This document shows positions 25,392-34,456 of a stretch of DNA of 64,000 nucleotides, piece after piece. This DNA is from an uncultured Thermoplasmata archaeon (GTDB taxonomy: Archaea > Thermoplasmatota > Thermoplasmata > UBA10834), in contig CAZXWO010000003.1 of the NCBI GenBank assembly GCA_964644565.1, forward strand, positions 4,613-68,612, in the 5' to 3' direction. Within the stretch, counting starts at the first letter, position 1. Every line of letters starts with the position of its first letter. The position numbers and the translations under genes are program-made. Below the pieces are notes generated by a model. The model ran no database searches, was not told the origin of the DNA, and saw only the letters and a list, made by a program, of their open reading frames with translations.

Positions 25392-26580
25392 GATGAAGCG
25401 CGATTACGACGTCGTCGTGGTGGGCGCTGGCCCGGCCGGCTCCATGACCGCGAAGTGGGCGGCCAAGAAGGGCGCCAAGGTGCTCATGATAGAGAAGAGG
25501 CAGGAGATCGGCTCCCCGGTGAGGTGCGGGGAGGGAATATCGAGGTCGTGGCACGACTCCGTCGGGCTCAAGCTCGACAAGAAGAGCGTGGCTTGGGAGG
25601 TCAAGGGCGCGAAGCTCGTCTCCCCCAACGGTTCGACGTTCTACCTCTCCGAGAAGATGGCCGGCGACGAGGTCGGCTTAGTCATCGACAGGGTGTTCTT
25701 CGACAAGCTCCTGGCGAGGGACGCCATCAAGGCCGGCTCAGACCTCCAGCTCAAGACCTCCGCGACGAAGCTCCTCAAGTCGGGGAACAAGGTCGTCGGG
25801 GTCAGGGTCAGGTCGATGGAGGGGACCAGGGACATCACGTGCGGGTGCGTCGTCGCCGCGGACGGGTTCGAGTCCCAGGTCGGGCGGTGGGCCGGGATCG
25901 ACACCAGCCTGGCGCCGAGGGACATCACGAGCTGCTTCCAGTACAGGCTCACCAACATAGACCAGGACTTCGACTACTGCGAGTTCGTCCTGGGCAGCAA
26001 GGCCCCGGGCGGGTACATCTGGATATTCCCCAAGAACAAGGACACGGCCAACGTGGGCATAGGCATGCAGCTGACCAAGCTCAGCCGCCCCGCTGACGTG
26101 AAGAAGCAGCTGGACAAGTTCATACAGGGGGACCCGAGGCTCAGGAAGGGCAGGCCCCTGGAGCTCGTGAGCGGCGCGGTGTCGATATGCGCCCCCATCG
26201 AGAAGACCGTGGGCGACGGCATACTCCTCGTGGGCGACGCAGCGAGGCAGATCGACCCCATCACTGGCGGAGGCATATCCAACTCGTGCAAGGCCGGCAA
26301 GGTCGCGGGCGAGGTCCTCGCGAAGGCCACCAAGGAGAACGACTTCAGCGAGAAGTCCCTCGGCAGGTACGAGAAGGGCTGGCGCGACCTCCTCGAGAAC
26401 CAGCTCTACAGGAACTGGCTCGCGAAGGAGAAGCTCGTGACCCTAAGCGACGAGACCTTCGACAAGGTCATCACGACTCTCAACGAGGTCGGCGTGGAGA
26501 AGATGTCCACCTTCGCGATACTCAAGGCCATAAAGACGAGGTACCCGGAGCTCGTGAAGGAGTTCGAGGAGTTCCTCTGA
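25384..26580 (+). CDS. geranylgeranyl reductase (digeranylgeranylglycerophospholipid reductase family)
   Basis: YDVVVVGAGPAGS is the FAD-binding motif. RCGEG and GDAARQIDPITGGGI are also present. Confidence 0.92.
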   Translation: MTEMKRDYDVVVVGAGPAGSMTAKWAAKKGAKVLMIEKRQEIGSPVRCGEGISRSWHDSVGLKLDKKSVAWEVKGAKLVSPNGSTFYLSEKMAGDEVGLVIDRVFFDKLLARDAIKAGSDLQLKTSATKLLKSGNKVVGVRVRSMEGTRDITCGCVVAADGFESQVGRWAGIDTSLAPRDITSCFQYRLTNIDQDFDYCEFVLGSKAPGGYIWIFPKNKDTANVGIGMQLTKLSRPADVKKQLDKFIQGDPRLRKGRPLELVSGAVSICAPIEKTVGDGILLVGDAARQIDPITGGGISNSCKAGKVAGEVLAKATKENDFSEKSLGRYEKGWRDLLENQLYRNWLAKEKLVTLSDETFDKVITTLNEVGVEKMSTFAILKAIKTRYPELVKEFEEFL

Positions 26581-26638
26581 ACCGTCATGCTCAATAGGCG
26601 GCCCGCGCTTCCCCGTCCGAGGGTGAAGGAGTGAACCG

Positions 26639-28174
26639 ATGAGTGTGCTCGCCAGCCTCACCGAGACCAGGCGGAGGACCCTCATCACCTTCCTGCTGAT
26701 ACTGGCCCTCGCTGCCGCGATAAGGCTCTACAACATCGGCTGGAGCTTCTCCAACAACGGCGTGGACGAGGGGGTGATGCTCCAGAGGGCTCTCCTCATC
26801 AGCAGGGACTTCGACCTCTACACCGACATACCCTGCGACCAGGCGCCCCTGGCGTTCTACTTCGGCGCCCTCCTCAAGGGGGACGTGGTCACGCTCAGGG
26901 CCCTGAACGCGGCGCTGTCCATCGGGGCGATCGCCGCGTGCATGTTCGTGGCCAGGAAGATCGGCGGCGACATCGCCATGGCCGCCACGGGCCTCTTCCT
27001 GGCGGTCGACTTCGCCTTCGTCAGGGAGGCCAGGCTGTTCTCCCTGGACGGGATGGCGACCTACATGCTCGCGTTCGGCCTGCTGTCGTTCTACTTCTAC
27101 GCGAAGAGGCGGGACAGGCTCGCGATCTTCCTCACAGGGCTGTTCATCGGCCTCGCCACCGCGGTGAAGCTCCTGGGCGGGCTCGGCCTCCTGGCCCTGG
27201 TCCTGTTCTTCGCGGTAGAGGCCCTGAAGGACAGGTCGTTCAAGGCGTCCAGGGCGGCGGACCTCGCCCTGATGGTCGGGGCGGCGGCCGTCCCCATGGC
27301 GGTCTTCCTCTTCACCCTCGGCCCGTCCGAGATGCTGCAGGGCATGGTCTTCGACCAGGCGCACAGGGAGTTCGAGCCGCTGTTCAAGCTCTCCATACTG
27401 GCGTACCTCGGGCTCAACCTCACATACATCCTCCCCCTGATGTACGCGCGCGACCTCTGGGCCATCGGGCCCGAGGTGAGGTACCTCGTCCTGGTGACGG
27501 CCGTGGTCCTCGCCTTCATGATACTGCAGCCCCTCGTGTTCTTCCACCACATGGTCCTCATGAGCCCCGCCCTCGCGATCCTCGCGGGGTTCGTGACCTC
27601 CGAGACGGTCAAGTTCAAAAAGGGTCAACATAAGAAGAGCCACCTATACTATGTGCTCAAAAAGGATGTCACCCTCAGGCGCTTCGCCACCCTGGTCATC
27701 ATGGTGGACCTCGCCGCGTCCACGGGGCTCGCGTTCTACGGCATGGCGATGCAGGGCGAGCCCTCGGAGATCGTGTACGCCGAGAGGCTCGCGGAGATCA
27801 CGGACCAGGACGATTGGGTCATAACGGGGGACCCGCTCATAGCGACCTACGCCGACCGGCAGGTGCCGCCGGAGGTCGTGAACGTCGCGTACAGGAGGTA
27901 CCCGCAGCTCACCCTCGAGGGCCTCCAGGACGCGATAGAGAAGTACAACGTCTCCGTGGTCGTGGTCTGCTTCAGGCTCAAGGACATCGAGGGGTTCGTC
28001 CAGTACCTCCGCGAGAACGACTTCGCCATGGTGGTCCCGTGGTGGGTGGGGCAGGGCGACGACACGGTCCTGGACCTGTTCGAGGGGAGCATAGACCCCA
28101 CCTACTTCTACGTCAAGTACGACGTCGCTGCCATGTACGACATACCGATCATAAACCCTAAGTCCGCGACTTAG
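26639..28174 (+). CDS. GT39/PMT_2-type (ArnT-like) polyprenyl-phosphate-sugar-dependent glycosyltransferase
   Basis: Multi-TM N-terminal part with a DEG motif in the first loop (NNGVDEGVMLQRA), plus a C-terminal soluble domain. Confidence 0.75.
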   Translation: MSVLASLTETRRRTLITFLLILALAAAIRLYNIGWSFSNNGVDEGVMLQRALLISRDFDLYTDIPCDQAPLAFYFGALLKGDVVTLRALNAALSIGAIAACMFVARKIGGDIAMAATGLFLAVDFAFVREARLFSLDGMATYMLAFGLLSFYFYAKRRDRLAIFLTGLFIGLATAVKLLGGLGLLALVLFFAVEALKDRSFKASRAADLALMVGAAAVPMAVFLFTLGPSEMLQGMVFDQAHREFEPLFKLSILAYLGLNLTYILPLMYARDLWAIGPEVRYLVLVTAVVLAFMILQPLVFFHHMVLMSPALAILAGFVTSETVKFKKGQHKKSHLYYVLKKDVTLRRFATLVIMVDLAASTGLAFYGMAMQGEPSEIVYAERLAEITDQDDWVITGDPLIATYADRQVPPEVVNVAYRRYPQLTLEGLQDAIEKYNVSVVVVCFRLKDIEGFVQYLRENDFAMVVPWWVGQGDDTVLDLFEGSIDPTYFYVKYDVAAMYDIPIINPKSAT

Positions 28175-29261
28175 GGCGCATGTCCGCCTCGAAGGTCCAC
28201 AGGGCGTTGGCGAAGAAGTTGAAGGTGCTCACGAGGAATATGCACAGCAACTGCGCAGAGACCTGGTACAGGCTCGCCTTGTCCTCGACGAGGCCGAGCG
28301 CGGGGAACAGGTGGTCCGTGAAGGCCGAGTACAGGATGATGTTGAGCATCAGCCCGTCGAAGCTGACCACCAGGAACTGGGGGTACTGGAAGTGGACCTT
28401 CCCCTTCGACCTGAAGGTCCACCACCTGTTCCAGATGAAGTTGTTGGTGTCGGCGACGACGAAGGCCAACGCGATCGCCAGGATCTCGTTGACGTAGAAG
28501 ACCTCGATCGAGGTCCAGAATATGGCGAGGTTGATCAGGGTCCCTATCCCGCCGACGAACGCGAACTTGAGGTACTTCGCGAGCCAGGGCTTCCGGTGCT
28601 CGTAGAGCGAGATGCAGTGGTCGATGTACTTGAGCGTCACGGAGGCGCCCAGCTTGCTCTTGCCGGCCTTCCGGTCCGCGAAGGTGATGGGGACCTCCTC
28701 CACCTTGGAGACCTTCCCCTTGACCAGTATCTCGAGGGCGATCTTGTACCCTATGGGGTTCAGCTCCACGCCCTCCACGACCTCGCGCTTGATGGCGAAG
28801 AAGCCGCTCATGGGGTCCTTGACCTTCGTGAGGCCGCGGGCCAGCAGCGTCGCCGACTTGGACATCAGCCTCCTGCGGAACGGCCAGTTCTCGACGTGGC
28901 CGCCCTCGACGTACCTGCTGCCTATCACCATGTCGGCGCCGCCCTTGGTTATGCGCTCCACCATCTCGGAGATCTTCTCTGGCGGGTGGCTCAGGTCGGC
29001 GTCCATGACCACCAGGACGGAGCCCGACGCGGCCTCGAACCCCTCAAGGACCGCCGTCGACAGGCCCAGCTTGCCCGCCCTGTGGACGACCTTCACACTG
29101 AAGCTCTTGCCGAGCTTCTCGGCGAGGTCCCCGGTGCCGTCGGGGCTGTTGTCGTCCACGATGATGATCTCGTGGCCCATGCGGGTCGCAGAGCAGGCGG
29201 CGCTCGTCCTGCGCACGAGCTCCTCGATGTTGTCCTTCTCGTTGTAGGTCGGGATGATCAC
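28158..29261 (-). CDS. dolichyl/polyprenyl-phosphate hexose synthase-type GT2 fused to a GtrA-like 4-TM domain
   Basis: IIPTYNEKDNIEELV, IIVDDNSPDGT and DADLSHPP are GT2 motifs. The C-terminal FAFVGGIGTLINLAIFW region is GtrA-like. There is no ATG at the onset of homology. The proposed GTG at 29261 forms a GTGA overlap with the dedA stop. The rest of track ORF (to 29603) is a spurious extension. Confidence 0.8.
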   Translation of the reverse strand: MIIPTYNEKDNIEELVRRTSAACSATRMGHEIIIVDDNSPDGTGDLAEKLGKSFSVKVVHRAGKLGLSTAVLEGFEAASGSVLVVMDADLSHPPEKISEMVERITKGGADMVIGSRYVEGGHVENWPFRRRLMSKSATLLARGLTKVKDPMSGFFAIKREVVEGVELNPIGYKIALEILVKGKVSKVEEVPITFADRKAGKSKLGASVTLKYIDHCISLYEHRKPWLAKYLKFAFVGGIGTLINLAIFWTSIEVFYVNEILAIALAFVVADTNNFIWNRWWTFRSKGKVHFQYPQFLVVSFDGLMLNIILYSAFTDHLFPALGLVEDKASLYQVSAQLLCIFLVSTFNFFANALWTFEADMRPKSRT

Positions 29262-29803
29262 TGAGATCGTGGGAGCTCCCCCCTCCGGCGAAGCCGTCTC
29301 TTGTAGATTAATGATGCTACGATGCTGGCGACGATGACTACGGCGACGGCGCCCAGCGCGACCCACGGGGCGAGCTCCTGCCTCAGGTTGTCGTAGCTGA
29401 GCCACGAGAGGACCACCACCACCGACGACTTGGCCAGCGCCCCGACTATGAGGTACAGGGCGCACTTCCGGAGGTCCCAGTCGCACACGGCTATGAACGC
29501 CCCGGTGTAGGGCACGATGGGCGCAACCCTGTTGAGCAGCAGGAGGCGCTCGTCCTTGACGATGAGGAAGTCGGTGTACTGCTTCATGCGCCTGCTGATC
29601 CACTTCGGGAGCCGCGCCGCCTTCACGAGGGAGTAGAGTATGAAGTTGCCACCCAGGCTCGCGAGGCTCGACACGACGACCACCAGGACGCCCCAGGTGA
29701 AGGAGTCGGGGTTGGCCCCGAATATGAAGACCATCCAGACCTCAGGCAGCGTGGGGAACCCGGTCCCGTCTATGAGTATGATGACCACGAGCGCCAGCAG
29801 CAT
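29258..29803 (-). CDS. DedA / VTT-domain membrane protein
   Basis: GFPTLPEVWMVFIFG and the later LNRVAPIVPYTG are DedA-type patterns. In-frame upstream codons (SLFASLGDYG) also look DedA-like, so the true start may be a non-ATG codon upstream of 29803. Confidence 0.72.
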   Translation of the reverse strand: MLLALVVIILIDGTGFPTLPEVWMVFIFGANPDSFTWGVLVVVVSSLASLGGNFILYSLVKAARLPKWISRRMKQYTDFLIVKDERLLLLNRVAPIVPYTGAFIAVCDWDLRKCALYLIVGALAKSSVVVVLSWLSYDNLRQELAPWVALGAVAVVIVASIVASLIYKRRLRRRGELPRSQ

Positions 29804-29855
29804 CCCGTAGTCGCCGAGCGAGGCGAACAGCGAGATGATGTCCTCACCGAGCAGG

Positions 29856-30890
29856 CTACGACCTCCCCTTCGCGAGCCCCTCGTAGAGCTCCTTGAGCAT
29901 GGCGGCCGTCTTCCTGATGTCGTGCTCCCCGGCCAGGTCGCGCGCCCCCTGGACCATCCTGCCGCGGAGCTGCGCGTCGTCGACGAGCGACTCGAGCTTC
30001 TGCGCGAACTCGGCGTCCGTCCTGGCCTTGAGGCAGTGGACGCCGTCGTGCACCCACTCCTCGTACACCGGTATGTCCCGGATCAGGAGCGGGCAGCCGC
30101 AGCTCGCGGCCTCCAGCATCACGTTGCCGTAGCTCTCCGCCCTGGTTGGGAACACGAAGACGTCCGCGGCGGAGTACACGCCCACGATGTCCTGGAACGG
30201 GACGTGCCCCGGGAAGAGGACGTTGCCCCTGTCCAGCCCGTCCAGAGCGTCCTCCAGGAGCGGCTCGCTCTCGCCGACCCAGACGAACCTGATGTCATCC
30301 CTCTTCGAGAGCATCGACGAGAGGTTCACGAACGTGTCCACGCCCTTGCGCGGTATGCGGAGGCCCACGCTGACCACCAACTTCTCGTCCGGGCTCACGC
30401 CCCACCTCTCCCTGAACTCCGCCCCCCGCCTCTCGTCCCTCACGAAAACCTCGCGGTTGATGCCGTTTGGGATGACCCTGAACGGCCCCTTGACGCCGTC
30501 CCTCGCGAGGGACTTGGCCACGTAGGGGGTCGCCCCCAGTACGACGTCGCCCAGGTTGTAGAAGTAAACGGAGTACCAGCGCACGAACGGGTAGAAGAAC
30601 GCGCCGCCCTTGAACCCGCCCTTGATCAGCTCGGGCAGGTGGCGCCCGTGGACCACCAGTGGCTTCCCAGACATGTGCCGCCTCAGGGCCCACGCGAAAG
30701 AGTTCGGGAGGGGGCTGTGGACGTGGAGGACGTCGCAGTCCTCCTCGGGCCTGTTGAAGACCACCCTGCAGCCGAGCCGCTCGAGCTCCTTCGCGACCAT
30801 CGGGGCGTTCGTCCCCATCCCGCCGGGGTTCTTGTACGGTATGATGCCCTTGTACGACTCCAGCTCAGTGAGCATGCATACCGAGACCAT
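29856..30890 (-). CDS. GT4-family glycosyltransferase
   Basis: The C-terminal half has the GT4 pattern (VVSVGLRIPRKGVD, FVFPTRAESYGNVMLEAASCGCPLL). Confidence 0.85.
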   Translation of the reverse strand: MVSVCMLTELESYKGIIPYKNPGGMGTNAPMVAKELERLGCRVVFNRPEEDCDVLHVHSPLPNSFAWALRRHMSGKPLVVHGRHLPELIKGGFKGGAFFYPFVRWYSVYFYNLGDVVLGATPYVAKSLARDGVKGPFRVIPNGINREVFVRDERRGAEFRERWGVSPDEKLVVSVGLRIPRKGVDTFVNLSSMLSKRDDIRFVWVGESEPLLEDALDGLDRGNVLFPGHVPFQDIVGVYSAADVFVFPTRAESYGNVMLEAASCGCPLLIRDIPVYEEWVHDGVHCLKARTDAEFAQKLESLVDDAQLRGRMVQGARDLAGEHDIRKTAAMLKELYEGLAKGRS

Positions 30891-31022
30891 CGGAGGACCG
30901 ACCTGCCGGCGGGACGTTTCACTCGTCCTCGACCGGCTCCCGCGAGCATCCCCCTGCGTGGATAAATAAATACCTAGGAGGTTCGGGACCGCGGGCCGCG
31001 CCGTGCCTGGCCCGTCCCGGAA

Positions 31023-31502
31023 ATGTATTTATACACACCCGATTCTGGCCCAGTCGTGGAGCGGAAGACCTTGGCCTCTTTGGCATTGATGTTCGCACTC
31101 GGGACTTTCGTACTGTGGGGCACGACGAACTTCCTCATAGCCTACGGGGAGAAGAACCTGGAGATCGACCCCAAGACCTTCACCGCCGTCATGTGGCTCA
31201 CCATGGGTGGGCTGGGCGCCTGCCTGCTCGCGTACCTCTGGTTCACGCACAGCATCGAGCCGCTCGGGGGGAACATAATCTACCCCGTCGCCGCCGGGGC
31301 GTGTCTCGGGATAGGCATCCTCTCGTTCGTCTACGCCATGTCGCACTCGGACATGAGCACGGGAGCGACCGCGGCCGTGGCCACCTCGAACGCCGTCTTC
31401 ACGACCATGCTCGCGTTCCTCATACTGCGGGAGCAGATGAGCGTCAAGGAGTGGGTGGGCATCGCCACCGTCGTGGCCGGAATAATAATCCTGAGGATCT
31501 AG
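31023..31502 (+). CDS. small EamA/DMT-like membrane protein
   Basis: Has 4-5 TM helices and ends in an EamA-like WVGIATVVAGIIILRI. The start is uncertain. Confidence 0.6.
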   Translation: MYLYTPDSGPVVERKTLASLALMFALGTFVLWGTTNFLIAYGEKNLEIDPKTFTAVMWLTMGGLGACLLAYLWFTHSIEPLGGNIIYPVAAGACLGIGILSFVYAMSHSDMSTGATAAVATSNAVFTTMLAFLILREQMSVKEWVGIATVVAGIIILRI

Positions 31503-32770
31503 AGCCTGGGGGCCGGGCCCTTCCGCCATACGACCTTGCCGTCCTTCATGACTAGCTCGCATAGGTTCGTCCCGAACCTGCACGGGATCATCGAGTGCGA
31601 CGGGACCCCCATCACGATCACGTCCGCCCTCTTGCCTCGCTCGAGGGTGCCGACCTTCTTCTCGAGCCCCACCGCCGCGGCGGCGTTGACGGTCGCGGCC
31701 GTCACGGCCTCGGCCTGGGTCATGCGCATCTTGTAGCACGCGAGGCTCATCGTGAACTGCATCGACTCGTTCCAGCAGTTGGGGTTCAGGTCGGTGCCCA
31801 GCGCGACGGGGACGCCCAGGTCTATGAGCCTCCTCGCGTCCGGGTACGAGCCGGCCATGGACGTGTACGGGGTCCCGGGGAGCATCACGCCGACGATGTC
31901 CTTCCTGGCCATGGCCATGATCCCGTCGTCCGAAGGCCTGGCCAGGTGGTCCGCGGACGCTGCCCCCATCTCGGCGGCCAGCTCCGCCCCGCCCGAGGAC
32001 GTGAACTCGTCGGCGTGGACCTTGACGCCCATGCCGAGCGCCTTCGCGGCCTCCAGCACCGTCCTCGACTGGGCCTGGTCGAACACACCAGACTCGCAGA
32101 AGACGTCGCAGAACCTCGCGAGGCCCTCGCGTGCCACCGCCGGCAGGACCTCCTGTGACACGAAGCGGACGTAGTCGTCGGGGCGCCCCTGGAACTCGGG
32201 CGGCACCGCGTGGGCGCCCATGAAGGTGGGCACGAGGTCGACGGGGTAAGCCTCGTCCAGCCTCCTGACGGTCCTCAGGATCCTGAGCTCGGCGTCCCTG
32301 TCCAGGCCGTAGCCGGACTTCGCCTCGACGGTCGTCGAGCCATGGGCGACCATCGACTCCAGCCTGGCAGCCGACTGGTCGAACAGCTCGTCCTCCGACG
32401 CGGCCCTGGTGTCCCTCACCGTCCTCAGTATGCCTCCGCCCGCGGCGAGGATCTCGAGGTACGTCCTCCCCTTGAGCTTCAGCTCGAGCTCGAACTCCCT
32501 GGACCCCGCGAAGACGAGGTGGGTGTGCGGGTCCACGAGGCCCGGCATGACGACCTTCCCGGTGGCGTCGATGCGCTCCACGCCCGTGGCACCGTGCTCC
32601 CTGAGGACGGATTCGGTCCTGCCCACGTCCGCTATGGCGCCCTCCGAGACCACGACCGCGCCGTCCGGTATTATGGACAGCTCGGACATCTCCGACTTCG
32701 TCCTGGACCTCTTCGGGCCCCTGAGCGTCAGCAGCTCCGACGCGTGCATGATGATGGTCGTCTCGGGCAT
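31499..32770 (-). CDS. hutI: imidazolonepropionase-like amidohydrolase
   Basis: GLVDPHTHLVFAGSR, KSGYGLD, VKVHADEF, ADHL and GTDLNP are metal-dependent hydrolase / HutI motifs. Confidence 0.8.
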   Translation of the reverse strand: MPETTIIMHASELLTLRGPKRSRTKSEMSELSIIPDGAVVVSEGAIADVGRTESVLREHGATGVERIDATGKVVMPGLVDPHTHLVFAGSREFELELKLKGRTYLEILAAGGGILRTVRDTRAASEDELFDQSAARLESMVAHGSTTVEAKSGYGLDRDAELRILRTVRRLDEAYPVDLVPTFMGAHAVPPEFQGRPDDYVRFVSQEVLPAVAREGLARFCDVFCESGVFDQAQSRTVLEAAKALGMGVKVHADEFTSSGGAELAAEMGAASADHLARPSDDGIMAMARKDIVGVMLPGTPYTSMAGSYPDARRLIDLGVPVALGTDLNPNCWNESMQFTMSLACYKMRMTQAEAVTAATVNAAAAVGLEKKVGTLERGKRADVIVMGVPSHSMIPCRFGTNLCELVMKDGKVVWRKGPAPRL

Positions 32771-32815
32771 GGTCGGAGCGGTAATCGGGCTCTCCGCCTA
32801 TAAACGAATCGAAGC

Positions 32816-34408
32816 TCAGGCGCGCTTGCCCACGAGCTCGTTCACGACGTACTGGAAGGTGTCCTGCGGGTTGAGCATGGACCTGAAGTGCCGGTAGTCC
32901 GCCCGGTCCAGCTCGCCCAGGAGGTAGGCCGCGGCGCCGTACACGGACACGCCGAGGACCGCCAGGAATATGAGGGCGAGCCATCCCACGCTCGGGACGA
33001 CCAGCCAGTCGGCCACGTACATCGTGCCGACCATTACTATCGCGCACACGAGGTGCTTGAAGGACCTGGAGTTGGGCAGGATGCGCCCGATCCTCCAGGC
33101 CATGTACCTCAGGGTGAAGAAGTAGTAGACCGAGGTGACGAGGAGCGCCACCGCCGCGCCGAGGCCCTTCAGCCCGAAGACCTTCACCCCCAGCAGTGTG
33201 TCCGGCACGAGGACCAACATCAGCGCGAGCTGTATCGACAGGCCCCCGATGTTCACCATGAAGAGGTTAGTGGGCTTGCCGACCCCGACGATGACCGAGC
33301 GCAGCGGGAGGACCAGCGCGAGCACGGCGGCGGCGATCACCAGGACGTCCATGGTCGTGACCGCCGGGGAGAACTCGCCCGTTAGGAAGGTCCTGATGAT
33401 GTCAGACCCGTAGAGGAGGTAGAACGCGGCGGTCGGGATGACGACGAGGGAGACGTACCGCTCGGCCTGGTTGACGACCTCCCAGCTCGCGACGACGTCC
33501 CTCTTGATGAAGTACGTCGTCACGGACGGGAGTATCAGCGTCGCGACCGAGAGCGAGAACACGCCCACGAAGACGGCCATGCGCTGGACGCCGAAGTAGA
33601 GGCCGAGCTCGACGTCACCCCAGAAGTAGCCGACCACCAGCTTGTCCAGGAACAGGTCCAGGATGATCGTCATCGACACTATGAACACGGGGAGGAGGGA
33701 CCTGATGTAGCTCATGATGGTGAGCCTGTCCGGGATGGCTATCTCGTAGGACCTCATGAGCAGGGCGACCAACAGGACCGATGCGATCATGCCGGCCGCG
33801 TACGCCGTCGCGAGGAGGGCGGGGCCGTTGACGGTGTCGGCGAGCGGGGACGTGGCCACGAACACGACGAAGGAGACCCTGACGACCAGCTCGAGTATCG
33901 CCGGCACTTGCACCTTCGCCATGGAGTCGAGGGCGTCGAACGTGTGCGTGGCGATCTGGCTGATTCCCAGGAGCACGTAGTACACCAGGAAGATGTACAT
34001 CGAGTCGACGAGCTGGCCCAGGACGACCTGGTCGCCGGGCATCTCCGCGCCGACGACCCCGTCCTTCCACATCTCTATGATCACCAGGGTGACCGCGGAG
34101 AATATGCCCAGGAGGACGAGGCGTATCGCGGCGTACGCGCCGATGCACTTGCCCACGTCGACGGAGTGCTTGACGTGCGTCCTGTGGACGGAGCCCATGC
34201 CGAAGTCGGACAGGAAGCTCAGGACGCCCATCGCGGCCATGGCGTAGCCGAGTATGCCGAGCGCGGAGGGGCCCATGTTCTGGGCGATGAAGACCAGGGC
34301 GGTGGTGCCGAGCAGGGCGCCTGCGACGTTGTTCACCACCGAGAGGGTCGCCTTGGGGCTCATGAGCCTTGCAGCGTCCGAGGCCACGCTGGCGTCCTCG
34401 ACCGGCAT
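32816..34408 (-). CDS. MOP-superfamily polysaccharide/oligosaccharide flippase (Wzx-like)
   Basis: A 530-aa protein with about 14 TM helices and the composition of the polysaccharide biosynthesis protein family. Confidence 0.78.
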   Translation of the reverse strand: MPVEDASVASDAARLMSPKATLSVVNNVAGALLGTTALVFIAQNMGPSALGILGYAMAAMGVLSFLSDFGMGSVHRTHVKHSVDVGKCIGAYAAIRLVLLGIFSAVTLVIIEMWKDGVVGAEMPGDQVVLGQLVDSMYIFLVYYVLLGISQIATHTFDALDSMAKVQVPAILELVVRVSFVVFVATSPLADTVNGPALLATAYAAGMIASVLLVALLMRSYEIAIPDRLTIMSYIRSLLPVFIVSMTIILDLFLDKLVVGYFWGDVELGLYFGVQRMAVFVGVFSLSVATLILPSVTTYFIKRDVVASWEVVNQAERYVSLVVIPTAAFYLLYGSDIIRTFLTGEFSPAVTTMDVLVIAAAVLALVLPLRSVIVGVGKPTNLFMVNIGGLSIQLALMLVLVPDTLLGVKVFGLKGLGAAVALLVTSVYYFFTLRYMAWRIGRILPNSRSFKHLVCAIVMVGTMYVADWLVVPSVGWLALIFLAVLGVSVYGAAAYLLGELDRADYRHFRSMLNPQDTFQYVVNELVGKRA

Positions 34409-34456
34409 GCGACCTAAAGATATGGGTAGCCATATAATACTACTGGAGGGGGCGTC

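Noticed and set aside
31499-32770. Interpreting hutI as evidence of a histidine-utilisation operon
   Set aside because: No hutH, hutU or hutG is nearby and the neighbours are envelope genes. It is reported only as an isolated amidohydrolase.
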